A stretch of DNA of 64,000 bases from Candidatus Sumerlaeaceae bacterium (GTDB lineage Bacteria > Sumerlaeota > Sumerlaeia > Sumerlaeales > Sumerlaeaceae), in NCBI GenBank assembly GCA_049968255.1, contig JBMFRB010000001.1:288001-352000 (forward strand), in the 5' to 3' direction. Within the stretch, counting starts at the first letter, position 1. Each line of letters begins with the position of its first letter. Below, one piece after another: positions 39,891-49,495 of this stretch. Position numbers and translations under genes: made by a program. The notes under the pieces are model-generated. The model was not told the DNA's origin and made no database searches. It was given only the letters and a program-made list of their open reading frames with translations.

Positions 39891-42308
39891 ATGCAAGCGC
39901 ATCTCGCACGGCTTTTGGCCGTGATCAGCCTTCTGGTGGCACCGCTTATTGGCAAGGCACAGGAGAGACTGCCCGAGCCACCACCGCCGCCGGACGTTCC
40001 TGGAGGGCGAATCATCGTCGCGATCCCACCGCAATGTCTTCAAGGGACCGTGATAAAAATTATCGATCCAGCCACGAATGCTGTGGTCGCTACATTGACT
40101 CCCACGGGCACAACCGGGATTTTTGACAGTGGTTGCACGCTCCCGTGTCCAAAGAAATACATCGTGCGCCCCGAAAATCCCAATTGCACGTTCACGCCGG
40201 CCCAAAAAACGGTGGCGGTTCGGTGTTGTCCAAAAGTTACCAAAGTAAAATTCAGTTGTGACTGTGCGGATCAGGGCGGGCGAATTGTCGTGAAAGTGCC
40301 ACAGAACTGTTTGCAGGGCACGACAGTGCACGTCATGGACCTGAGCGGGAATCCCGTGGTGAGTGGCGCACCCGATGCGAATGGGCTTTTCGACACCGGA
40401 TGCAAACTAAAGTGCCCCACGAGCTACGTAGTGAAAGTGAGCAATCCGAATTGCACCTTCATTCCATCGTCGAAGATTGTGCAGGTCTCATGTTGCCCCA
40501 AAGTGTCCACTGCGGTATTTGACTGCAACTGTCCGCCGGCTCGGGGACGCATCGTGGCTAGTGTAGGAGGCAATTGTCCGCCTGGCACAACTATTGAAGT
40601 CTTCGACAATGGAACGCTTGTGGCTTCTGGGCAAGTCAATGCCCAAGGCGTCTACGACACTGGTTGCACGCTGCCCTGTGGGAAGACCTATACTGTGGAA
40701 GCGAAAAACCCACAATGCTCGGTGACACCCAGTCCTCAACAGGTTTACGTGCCATGCTGCCCGGACCTTGCGACAGTCCGTTTTAGCTGTGATTGTCCAC
40801 CGCCGCCGCAAGCTGGTCGCATTGTCGTGCATCTACCTGCAAACTGCACATCGGGGACAGTTGTTTCGGTTCTTGACCCGAGTGGCCAGGTGGTGGCCAG
40901 TGGCTCGCCGACACTCGTGCAAATCCCCACCGGCAATATCGTTGGAGAATACGACACGAGCTGCACGCTGGTATGCGGGCAGACCTACACGGTGACTGCC
41001 ACAAATCCCACATGCACCATTTACCCAGTCGGGGGCGTGCAGGCGACCGCGAACTGCTGCCCCAATGCTACGGTCGTGACCCTTGATTGCAACTGTCCAC
41101 CACCGCCAGTTGACCATGGCCGTATTGTGGTCACAGTCAATGGACCGTGTGGAGCTGGGGCAAACGTGACCATTAGCGATCCGACAGGCAACCCTGTCAT
41201 GAGTGGCACAACCGACAATCAAGGTGTCTATGACACCGGTTGCCAACTCAACTGCCCAGGGACTTACGTGGTGACGGTTTACGCACAAGGTCAGATTATT
41301 GGCTCGCAGCAAGTGAGCGTCGGTTGCTGCCCTGATGTCACAAACATCACTATTGATTGCCCGCAGCAGTCGAACTGCTACCAGCCGCCGACGGGAATGG
41401 TCGCTTGGTATCCATTGGATGAACCACAAGGCGCCTTGTCCTACGTGGATATTGCAGGACAAGTCCAAAATAGTGGGTTGGCGGGCGGCAATCCTGGGCC
41501 ACAGGCAGTCACCGGCATGGTGGGTGGAGCTCAATACTTCTACGGCAGCGCTGCCACCTATATTGATGTTCCTCCTCATCCGGAACTGGACTTTGGCACC
41601 GGGAGTTTCTCGATTGATGCGTGGGTAAATGTGGTGCAGTGCTCACCGAGCCACTTGTACCCCATCGTTGAGAAGTATGATGTTTCGACGCAGACGGGGT
41701 ATTCTTTCTTCATCGTTGGCAACCAGCTCAACTTGACGATCAACGGCACAGTGTTTAGCTCGAACACCATCGCTATACCGTTTGGAACGTGGCACCACGT
41801 GGCTGTGACCGTGAATCGTCCTGTTGGCGGTCCCGCGGTTGGCACTTTCTGGCTCGATGGCACTTCCGTGGGAACGTTCACGCCACCCTCGGCTTCTGTG
41901 AACACTGCCGCAGCAATGTGGATTGGCAGAAACTACCTTGTGGATTCCCAGCAGTCGCCTTATTGCGAGATTGCTATTGACGAGCTTGAGCTGTTCAATA
42001 TTGCGCTGGACCAATCAGCCATTGCCGGGATTTACAATGCTGGCAGCGCCGGAAAATGTAAGCCAAGCCTGGGGCGTCTCCTGGGAAGTAGTTCACCGGG
42101 ATTTGTAACGGTGATGTTCAAAGTTGAGGATTCTGCCGGGAATACGGTCTTCCTTGGTGGTCCTGGTGGCATCGATACAGGATGCACACTCTTCTGCGGG
42201 GCTACCTACACGGTTAAGGCATGGGATCAATCCACCGGTACTGTTTTCACGCCCAAACAGGTGACGGTGCCTTGTTGTCCGCAGCAGGCCTCCGTGTTCT
42301 TCCCCTGA
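39891..42308 (+). CDS. Secreted Cys-rich repeat protein with a LamG/pentraxin-like domain
   Basis: GGAGGA RBS; signal peptide ending GKA-QE; five ~88-aa Cys-patterned repeats, LamG-like domain (AWYPLDE, FSIDAWV, WHHVAVT, IDELELFN.AL), one degenerate repeat. Confidence 0.88.
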   Translation: MQAHLARLLAVISLLVAPLIGKAQERLPEPPPPPDVPGGRIIVAIPPQCLQGTVIKIIDPATNAVVATLTPTGTTGIFDSGCTLPCPKKYIVRPENPNCTFTPAQKTVAVRCCPKVTKVKFSCDCADQGGRIVVKVPQNCLQGTTVHVMDLSGNPVVSGAPDANGLFDTGCKLKCPTSYVVKVSNPNCTFIPSSKIVQVSCCPKVSTAVFDCNCPPARGRIVASVGGNCPPGTTIEVFDNGTLVASGQVNAQGVYDTGCTLPCGKTYTVEAKNPQCSVTPSPQQVYVPCCPDLATVRFSCDCPPPPQAGRIVVHLPANCTSGTVVSVLDPSGQVVASGSPTLVQIPTGNIVGEYDTSCTLVCGQTYTVTATNPTCTIYPVGGVQATANCCPNATVVTLDCNCPPPPVDHGRIVVTVNGPCGAGANVTISDPTGNPVMSGTTDNQGVYDTGCQLNCPGTYVVTVYAQGQIIGSQQVSVGCCPDVTNITIDCPQQSNCYQPPTGMVAWYPLDEPQGALSYVDIAGQVQNSGLAGGNPGPQAVTGMVGGAQYFYGSAATYIDVPPHPELDFGTGSFSIDAWVNVVQCSPSHLYPIVEKYDVSTQTGYSFFIVGNQLNLTINGTVFSSNTIAIPFGTWHHVAVTVNRPVGGPAVGTFWLDGTSVGTFTPPSASVNTAAAMWIGRNYLVDSQQSPYCEIAIDELELFNIALDQSAIAGIYNAGSAGKCKPSLGRLLGSSSPGFVTVMFKVEDSAGNTVFLGGPGGIDTGCTLFCGATYTVKAWDQSTGTVFTPKQVTVPCCPQQASVFFP

Positions 42309-42331
42309 TGCAGGCACCAGCTTCGCGCGAC

Positions 42332-42368
42332 GGCGATGTGGTGGGCCACCCACCGCATCGCCTTTTTT
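42332..42368 (+). terminator. Rho-independent terminator
   Basis: GGCGATGTGGTGGG-CCA-CCCACCGCATCGCC-TTTTTT. Confidence 0.9.
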
Positions 42369-42543
42369 ATTGATCCGCATCAGAGCCATAAGGTTCCCCG
42401 ATCGAGCTCCGATTCCAAGGCTCAGCAAACTATTCGATTAGCCTTGCCGAGGAGCGCCCGATTTTGTTACGAGCTCGTGTGGGGTTCAGTGTCGGACTTA
42501 ACGAATCTTGCGCGCCCATGTGGGGTGGAAAGGAGTCCTAGAG

Positions 42544-43017
42544 ATGAGTATCGCACATCGCCTCAAGCAACTTCTCGACTCTTCAAATGTTGGCTACAAA
42601 GTGGAGGTGCATCCGCCTGCCTTTACCGCAGAGGAGGTGGCAGAAGCGGCACATGTTTCTGGCTACGAGGTGGCCAAAGTGGTGATTGTCGTGGCAGATG
42701 GGGAACATGTGATGGTGGCCTTGCCAGCAAATCACCGCATAGATCTGAACGCCTTGCGTGAAGCGCTCGGCGCAAACGAAGTGCGGCTGGCACGTGAAAG
42801 CGAGTTTGCAGCAGAGTTCCCCGACTGCGAGATCGGGGCGATGCCGCCTTTTGGCTCGCTTTATGGTCTCAAGCTGCTGGCTAGCGAAGCGCTGCAGCAG
42901 GATGAAAAGATTTTCTTCAATGCGGGAACACACCGCGAAGTCCTCCGCATGGAGCGGGATGATTGGGAGCGCATCGCCCAGCCACAGTGGGGGCAGTTTA
43001 GTCGAGTGGCTCCTTAG
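42544..43017 (+). CDS. YbaK/ProX-family aminoacyl-tRNA deacylase
   Basis: HPPAFTAEEVA, VAKVVI, LARESEF, FPDCEIGAMPPFG, FNAGTH; AAGGAG RBS. Confidence 0.9.
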   Translation: MSIAHRLKQLLDSSNVGYKVEVHPPAFTAEEVAEAAHVSGYEVAKVVIVVADGEHVMVALPANHRIDLNALREALGANEVRLARESEFAAEFPDCEIGAMPPFGSLYGLKLLASEALQQDEKIFFNAGTHREVLRMERDDWERIAQPQWGQFSRVAP

Positions 43018-43167
43018 CGCGACACGGTCACAGGTGGTGGCAGACGGTTTTCGGTGCGCCCCCAGTCACCTAGCGCCAGCGTTCAGGGCGGGTGTTACTA
43101 AGAACGACGAAGCTGATCCACCACCGCACGGCGGTAGTTGCAAGCGTACGGGCTATGTCCTGAGCGC

Positions 43168-43761
43168 TCATTTTTTCTGTGTGGCAAGCGGCTCGAAGAG
43201 TCGTTTGGAGAAGATCGGGGTTGGGTTTGCTGTTGCCGAGTCACTCTCGCGTGACTTTGTAGCCGAATCGGCTTTGACCGGCGGTGAGCTAGACGAAGGG
43301 GGAGCCCAGATCGACGCGCGCTCGACAAACCGCCCTGATGAGTCATAAAAGTAAGCTGTGCTGCCATAATGCACTTCGCGACCGATCATGCGGCCGGCGC
43401 TGTCGTAATAGGTAAAGCCGTCGTACGTGCGCGTCGCTGAGCCCCTGGCGGAGCCACTGGCATCTTTGAATGAGACCTGCGACTTACCGAACGAAGTCTG
43501 CTTACCGAGGGCACGGCCACTCGATGAGTAGAAAGTCGCGTCGCCGCTTCCCACGGATGATGATCTGGCGGACATCACAAAAGCACCGTTCGGCGCGTAG
43601 TAGGTTTGGCTCGATCCTCTCAGTTCTACTTTGCCAGCATTCTTCCCCGAGGCTGCACTATACGTCACTGACTCTGCCCGGGCCAGGGGGCCGGCGGCGC
43701 ACAAGAAGTAAGCAAGCGTGGTCAGACAGACTCGACATAAGGCAGTAGACGCTCTCTTCAT
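43168..43761 (-). CDS. Small secreted protein with ~21-aa (Y/F)xDxxGR beta-hairpin repeats
   Basis: GGAGG RBS; signal peptide ending ARA-E; six repeats; Ser/Pro/Thr-rich tail. Confidence 0.72.
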   Translation of the reverse strand: MKRASTALCRVCLTTLAYFLCAAGPLARAESVTYSAASGKNAGKVELRGSSQTYYAPNGAFVMSARSSSVGSGDATFYSSSGRALGKQTSFGKSQVSFKDASGSARGSATRTYDGFTYYDSAGRMIGREVHYGSTAYFYDSSGRFVERASIWAPPSSSSPPVKADSATKSRESDSATANPTPIFSKRLFEPLATQKK

Positions 43762-43816
43762 GGTCGTGCACCTCCCCCAGTGTTCACTCCGTGAGCCTGC
43801 ACAAAAACACAAAAAG

Positions 43817-43901
43817 TGCCGGGGACGGGAGTCGAACCCGTACGACCGAAACGGTCGAGGGATTTTAAGTCCCTTGCGTCTGCCACTTTCGCCACCCCGG
43901 C
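43817..43901 (-). tRNA. tRNA-Leu (anticodon TAA), CCA not encoded
   Basis: Acceptor GCCGGGG/CCCCGGC, anticodon arm AGGGA-CTTAAAA-TCCCT, long variable arm, T-loop GGTTCGACTCC. Confidence 0.96.
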
Positions 43902-43980
43902 ACAGATTTGTGCTTTTCCACAGCGTTTTACACCAAAGGTGCCCGTCGCGTTCACCGCGAGAGGACAGTGCGGCACGACG

Positions 43981-45006
43981 TCACGGACGCAGACACATGG
44001 CCAAGCGCACTTCTCGCATCGTCTCCTCGGCCACAGCGCGAGCTCGTTCGGCTCCCTTGCGTAGGACTTCGTCCACGTAGTCGGGATTGCGTTCGAGCTC
44101 TTCGCGGCGGCGCCGAATTGGATCAAGCATAGCGTTGAGAATCTCCGCCAGTTCTTTCTTGTTTTGGGTACACCCGCGTAATCCTTGGCGGCACTCTTCC
44201 CAGGAGGTACGGTAATTCTCAGGATCGTAGATTTTACGCAGTTGGCAGACGACGCAGTTTTCGGGCACTCCAGGATCGGTTTTGCGGAGTTTGGTTTCGG
44301 TAGTGATCATTTGGTTAACCTTGGCCACCACCTCCTGGGCTGTGTCACGGATGTAAATCGCATTGCCATACGAGCTGCTCATCTTGCGCCGATCGATGCC
44401 GGGCAATGTACCTGTGTCCTCGCGGATGAGCGCCTGAGGCTCAGGAAAGATCTCGCGGTAAATGTGATTGAAGCGTCGAGCAATCTCGCGCGCGATCTCA
44501 AGATGTGGCGCTTGATCTTTTCCCACGGGAACCAGCTCTGCTTTATAAATGAGAATGTCCGCTGCCTGCAAAACGGGGTAGCCAAGTAGACCATAGGATA
44601 TGTACTCGGCAACATTTTCCTCGCTGTATTTTTGTTCAAGTGTTGCAATTTTATCTTTATATGTGGGTTGCCGTTCGAGCCATCCAACGGGCGTAATCAT
44701 GGAAAAAAGCAGATGCAGCTCTGCGTGTTGTTTGACGTCGGATTGAAGGAAAATTGTGGTTTTCTCAGGATCGAGCCCGACGCTCATATAGTCCACGACG
44801 AGCATTCGCGCATTGCTGGCGATTTCCTCAGGGTTCTTGAAGCGCGTGGTATAGGAATGCCAGTCGGCCACGAAGCAGAACATGTCGTAAGAGCCATCGT
44901 TCTGAATGTTGACCCACTGGCGCAGCGCGCCCTCAAGTCGGCCGAGGTGAATCGGGCCAGTTGGTTGCATACCGCTCAAAAGTCGTGGTTTGCGCATCGT
45001 CGTCAT
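43981..45006 (-). CDS. trpS: Tryptophan--tRNA ligase
   Basis: LSGMQPTG, ADWHS, QSDV, YPVLQAADIL, VPVGKDQ, KMSSS. Confidence 0.95.
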   Translation of the reverse strand: MTTMRKPRLLSGMQPTGPIHLGRLEGALRQWVNIQNDGSYDMFCFVADWHSYTTRFKNPEEIASNARMLVVDYMSVGLDPEKTTIFLQSDVKQHAELHLLFSMITPVGWLERQPTYKDKIATLEQKYSEENVAEYISYGLLGYPVLQAADILIYKAELVPVGKDQAPHLEIAREIARRFNHIYREIFPEPQALIREDTGTLPGIDRRKMSSSYGNAIYIRDTAQEVVAKVNQMITTETKLRKTDPGVPENCVVCQLRKIYDPENYRTSWEECRQGLRGCTQNKKELAEILNAMLDPIRRRREELERNPDYVDEVLRKGAERARAVAEETMREVRLAMCLRP

Positions 45007-45148
45007 TTTCCTCTTTCGCTTGGTTGCATTCAACTGACGTTACGAGAGCCTACGCTTTGGTGGAATCAAGCATCAAACGTGATTTTACCCCGCCCATGGG
45101 GCATACCGAGAAAAATAAAGTGCTGGCCTCGACCGAGTGTGTGGGATT

Positions 45149-45913
45149 TTATAACCGCACTGCAATGCCGCGAGAGGCGAGATATTCTTTGGCTTCGCGA
45201 ATCTTATAGGTGCCAAAATGGAAAATGGAAGCAGCGAGCACGGCATCGGCCTTGCCTTTGGTAATGGCCTCAGCAAGGTGCTCGAGGTTCCCAGCTCCCC
45301 CTGAGGCTATCACCGGAATTCCTACCGCTTCACTGACGGCGCGGGTGAGTTCGAGATCGTAACCATCTTTGGTTCCATCGCGATCCATACTTGTCAGCAG
45401 GATTTCGCCAGCGCCGAAGCGCTCGACGGTGCGCGCCCACTCAACGGCGTCGAGCCCGCGCGGCTTGCGTCCCCCATGCGTGAAGACCTCAAAGCGAAAA
45501 CGGGAATCCGTACTGCGCTTTGCGTCAATGGCCACGACGATGCATTGGCTACCGAATCGGCGTGCAGCATCGCGCACGAAATCGGGATTCTCGACGGCGC
45601 TGGTGTTAAGAGACACTTTGTCGGCGCCAGCCCGCAGGAGTGCTTTGATATCGTCGAGCGTCCGGATTCCGCCGCCGACGGTCACAGGCATGAAGACTTC
45701 GGCCGCAGTGCGTTCAACAACGTCGATCATGATCTGGCGCTTTTCGTAGCTGGCAGTGATATCGAGAAAAACCAGCTCGTCTGCGCCAGCTTGGTCGTAG
45801 GCGATAGCACATTCAACGGGGTCGCCGGCATCAATGAGATTGACGAAATTCACGCCTTTGACGACGCGCCCGTCCTTGACGTCGAGACATGGGATGATTC
45901 GCTTTGTGAGCAT
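45149..45913 (-). CDS. hisF: Imidazole glycerol phosphate synthase cyclase subunit
   Basis: [42 protein letters not shown]. Confidence 0.98.
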   Translation of the reverse strand: MLTKRIIPCLDVKDGRVVKGVNFVNLIDAGDPVECAIAYDQAGADELVFLDITASYEKRQIMIDVVERTAAEVFMPVTVGGGIRTLDDIKALLRAGADKVSLNTSAVENPDFVRDAARRFGSQCIVVAIDAKRSTDSRFRFEVFTHGGRKPRGLDAVEWARTVERFGAGEILLTSMDRDGTKDGYDLELTRAVSEAVGIPVIASGGAGNLEHLAEAITKGKADAVLAASIFHFGTYKIREAKEYLASRGIAVRL

Positions 45914-45956
45914 ATTTGATCCGAATGCTAGGGCACACTGACCCGCGATCAACCTT

Positions 45957-46000
45957 CAAAAAGCGTGCGCCCGTTTTCGGCGAAGGAAAACGGGAGCACG
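45957..46000 (-). terminator. Terminator-like hairpin between trxA and hisF
   Basis: CGTGC(G)CCCGTTTTC / GAAAACGGG(A)GCACG stem, followed by CTTTTT on the minus strand. Confidence 0.65.
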
Positions 46001-46032
46001 GCGCTTAGGAGCAAGCTATGGGAGAGGGGCTG

Positions 46033-46365
46033 CTAGGCGATGTGACGGTCAATGACCTCTTTGAGCATGGGCTTGGGCAATGCGCCCACAATGCGGTCGA
46101 CAAGTTGACCGTTCTTGAACAGCATAATGGTGGGAATGGAAGCGACGCCGTAGCGAGCAGCCGTCTGCTGATGGTCGTCGACGTTGAGTTTGCCCACCTT
46201 GAGTTTGCCAGCGTATTCCTGAGCGAGCTCCTCGATAATCGGCGCGACCATGCGGCAGGGTCCGCACCACGGCGCCCAGAAGTCCACGAGATAGGGCACC
46301 GAGCTGCGAAGCACTTCCGTGTCGAAGGTCGCATCGCTGAGTTCGCTGACGTAAGGTGATGCCAT
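46033..46365 (-). CDS. trxA: Thioredoxin
   Basis: VDFWAPWCGPC, KLNVD, SIPT. Confidence 0.97.
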   Translation of the reverse strand: MASPYVSELSDATFDTEVLRSSVPYLVDFWAPWCGPCRMVAPIIEELAQEYAGKLKVGKLNVDDHQQTAARYGVASIPTIMLFKNGQLVDRIVGALPKPMLKEVIDRHIA

Positions 46366-46375
46366 AGATTTATCC

Positions 46376-47137
46376 TCAGGTGTAAGATTGAGCTAAAGCC
46401 ACTGCATCGGCGAGAGAAATTCTACCGTCGTACAGTGCTTTGCCCACAATTACGCCGCGCAAGTTTGGCTTATTCAGAGCGCGAAGTCTCGCGATATCCT
46501 CTAGCGCACCTACACCACCGGAAGCAATTACCTCGAGCGAGTCGAGGGCCAGAATCTCCTGGAGGGCGTCGAAATTGGGCGAGGTGAACATGCCATCGCG
46601 GGCAATATCCGTGTAGATCACAGTGAGGTGCGCAATCTCGCTCACGAGCTCGCGCAAAAAATCCACGGCACGTATGTGAAGGATGTGGGTCCAGCCCCGG
46701 GTGGAAAGAAAACCATCACGCGCATCCGCTCCAAGGATGATCTTGTGGCCATGCTCAGCGATCATTTGGCGCAGGAAAGCTGGATCCTCGAGCGCTTTTG
46801 TGCCGAGAATGACATAATTGATGCCTAGATCGAGTAAGGTCTGAACGGTCCGGGCATCGCGAATTCCGCCGCCCACTTCAAGTTCTACTGTCGTGGCTTG
46901 GCGAATTCGCTGGATAGTGTCGAGATTTTTAGGGCATCCCTCAAAAGCTCCATCCAGGTCCACGATGTGAATTCTTCGCGCGCCTTGGGTTTCGTAGGTG
47001 CGTGCGACTTCAGCAGCGTCCACAACGTAGCGCGTCTGACGACTGCGCAGGCCCTGTTGCAAACGCACGCAGGCACCGTTCATGAGATCAATGGCTGGGA
47101 TTACTAAAAAGGGGACGCTCCGACCGTATCCAGTCAT
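46376..47137 (-). CDS. hisA: ProFAR isomerase
   Basis: IPAIDL, VRLQQG, HIVDLDGA, GGGIR, TDIARDG, IASGGV, GKALY. Confidence 0.96.
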   Translation of the reverse strand: MTGYGRSVPFLVIPAIDLMNGACVRLQQGLRSRQTRYVVDAAEVARTYETQGARRIHIVDLDGAFEGCPKNLDTIQRIRQATTVELEVGGGIRDARTVQTLLDLGINYVILGTKALEDPAFLRQMIAEHGHKIILGADARDGFLSTRGWTHILHIRAVDFLRELVSEIAHLTVIYTDIARDGMFTSPNFDALQEILALDSLEVIASGGVGALEDIARLRALNKPNLRGVIVGKALYDGRISLADAVALAQSYT

Positions 47138-47233
47138 GCCGTTTTCACTTTCTCAAAGGATATGGCGGCAGCGTACAAGCCACCGCCAATGCCATGGCAT
47201 TGCCAAGAGCTGCCGTAGACGAGGCCGCCTAGC

Positions 47234-49015
47234 TTACAACTGCTCGTAAAGCTCGACGAGCAGAGCGCGGCGGCTGGGGTGACGCAGCTTGTTCAGCGCC
47301 TTGGTTTCGATCTGACGCACACGCTCGCGCGTGACGTTGAAAATTGCGCCGACTTCTTCAAGTGTGCGCGGGAAATCGTTGTTTCCAATGCCGAAACGCA
47401 GGCGCAGGACTTTCTCTTCGCGATCGCTCAACGTGCGAAGAATTTCATCGATGCGCTGCGCTTTGAGCACCTGGGCAGCCTGATCAGCTGGATCAACGGC
47501 ATCCGGATCACTGATGAAATCACCAAAGGTGGAATCACCCTCGTCGCCGATTGGTGTCTCGAGCGATATTGGCTGCTGCGCGATTTTTAGCACTCGGCGA
47601 ATCTTTTCTGCTGGCAAGCCCATGCGCTGAGCTAACTCGTCGGCCGTGGGCTCGCGCCCCAACTCTTGCACGAGTTGGCGGCTCGTGCGGGTGAGCTTGT
47701 TTATGGTCTCGATCATGTGAACGGGGATGCGGATTGTGCGCGCCTGATCTGCGATCGCACGCGTGACTGCCTGACGAATCCACCACGTTGCATAAGTGGA
47801 GAACTTGTAGCCGCGCTGATACTCGAATTTGTCCACGGCGCGCATAAGTCCGATATTGCCTTCTTGGATGAGATCGAGAAACTGGAGGCCGCGGTTTGTG
47901 TAGCGCTTTGCGATGGAAACCACCAAACGGAGGTTGGCCTCGACGACTTTTGTCTTCGCAGCACGAGCGATTTGCTCGCCGGCTTCGATTTCCTTCACGA
48001 TGACAGCAAGCTCGTCGAAGGTATTGCCCGCTTCCTTTTCCAGTTTTTTTACCGTGCGCTGGGCTTCGCGGACACGTTTGTCGAGTTTGATAAGCTCGTC
48101 GAGGGTAAGACCGTACTTTTTTTCTAGCGCCCTGGCCTCCGGCGAATTGCGGCGGGTTTTCTTGACGATGCGGCGCAGGTCGTCCTCGCTGAGCATGGTG
48201 CTCATGACGACTTCACGAATCTGATTGTTCGCTTCTTCGATCTGCCGATAAACTTCTTTGATGTGCGTGGCAATCTCCTCGATGACCGTGAAATTCAGGT
48301 CAATGGCAAGTAGGTGATCGAGGATTTCGCGGCGGCATTTCTCAATCTGTTTGTGAAGGGTGGATCGTTTTCGCTCCGAGAGCTCAGGATCCTCGAGCTG
48401 ATCCAAGAGGGCAAAAATCTGCGCGTAGTGGTCGAGAATTTTGTCGACGTTATCCAGCACATGATGCATGTAGCGTTGCCGGACCTCGGGATCCGACTCA
48501 TCAATGTGTGGGCGGAGAATGTCATCGAGATTGACCGCGCCGGATTCGACACGCGTGCGAAGTTTGCGCAACTCGTTGGCGGTAGCGCTGGCGCGGGCGA
48601 TGGCTGCGGTGATTTCGTGTCGGCCTTTCTCAATCTCTTTCGCAAGCGCCACTTCTTCATCGCGAGTGAGAAGCGGGACCTTGCCCATTTCCATGAGGTA
48701 GAGTCGGACTGGGTCGTCTATCTTGGCTCCGTCGCCGTCCTCATCGTGCACTCCATCTAATTCAATGGGCTTGTTTGGATCGAGTTCCTCCTCCAACTCC
48801 TCCGCAGCACGAGCCACTCCTGCGGCAATATCCTTGTCGTCGTAGACCTCGATATCGAGCTGTTCGAGCTCCTCGAGCAACGATTCCATATCCTGAACCG
48901 TGGCGTCCTCGGGAAGACTATCGTAGATCTCGTCGTAGGTCAGGTGCCCCCGCTCCCTCCCCAGGTCAATCAAGCTTGCAAGATCATTCGAACGTGAACT
49001 ACGTCCTGGTTTCAT
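47234..49015 (-). CDS. rpoD: Primary sigma factor sigma70
   Basis: Region 1.1; DDPVRLYL; [11 protein letters not shown]; [10 protein letters not shown]; YATWWIRQA; TLEEVG...[10 protein letters not shown]. Confidence 0.98.
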   Translation of the reverse strand: MKPGRSSRSNDLASLIDLGRERGHLTYDEIYDSLPEDATVQDMESLLEELEQLDIEVYDDKDIAAGVARAAEELEEELDPNKPIELDGVHDEDGDGAKIDDPVRLYLMEMGKVPLLTRDEEVALAKEIEKGRHEITAAIARASATANELRKLRTRVESGAVNLDDILRPHIDESDPEVRQRYMHHVLDNVDKILDHYAQIFALLDQLEDPELSERKRSTLHKQIEKCRREILDHLLAIDLNFTVIEEIATHIKEVYRQIEEANNQIREVVMSTMLSEDDLRRIVKKTRRNSPEARALEKKYGLTLDELIKLDKRVREAQRTVKKLEKEAGNTFDELAVIVKEIEAGEQIARAAKTKVVEANLRLVVSIAKRYTNRGLQFLDLIQEGNIGLMRAVDKFEYQRGYKFSTYATWWIRQAVTRAIADQARTIRIPVHMIETINKLTRTSRQLVQELGREPTADELAQRMGLPAEKIRRVLKIAQQPISLETPIGDEGDSTFGDFISDPDAVDPADQAAQVLKAQRIDEILRTLSDREEKVLRLRFGIGNNDFPRTLEEVGAIFNVTRERVRQIETKALNKLRHPSRRALLVELYEQL

Positions 49016-49495
49016 ACTGATGCTCAGCCCCTTTGCTCAGAAAATTTCTCTCATCTTTGCTTTCGGTGCCCCTTAGGCTGTTTCTTGAGAAATAAAGTAT
49101 TCCCTCACCTCCTTACTCTCTAAGTCGGAGAGAGGTCAGCATAGGACATGGCCGCGCACGAAATTTTCTCCTCTTGCTCGAACTGGGGGAAATTCATCAA
49201 TCTAGGTCGCGTAGCTGGCCTGGACGGCAAAGGTTTCACTCCTCTTTCCAGAGGTTCTGTGGTGATTTTTTTCTAGCAACACGCTTGGCGTTTTTCGCGC
49301 CGAAAAACCCATCCACAAACACATGGCGCATTCGGAAATCTTCTCTTGATTTCCTTTTTTCACGCTTGCTCAAATACGTTTTTGCGTGATGGCTTATTCA
49401 TTATCCCTGGCTTGCATGGCGCTTTCTCAGAATCGTTTGCATGTGTTACACAGAATCGAGTTTCATCCCTTGTTGCGCAATGAGGAGCGAAGCGC

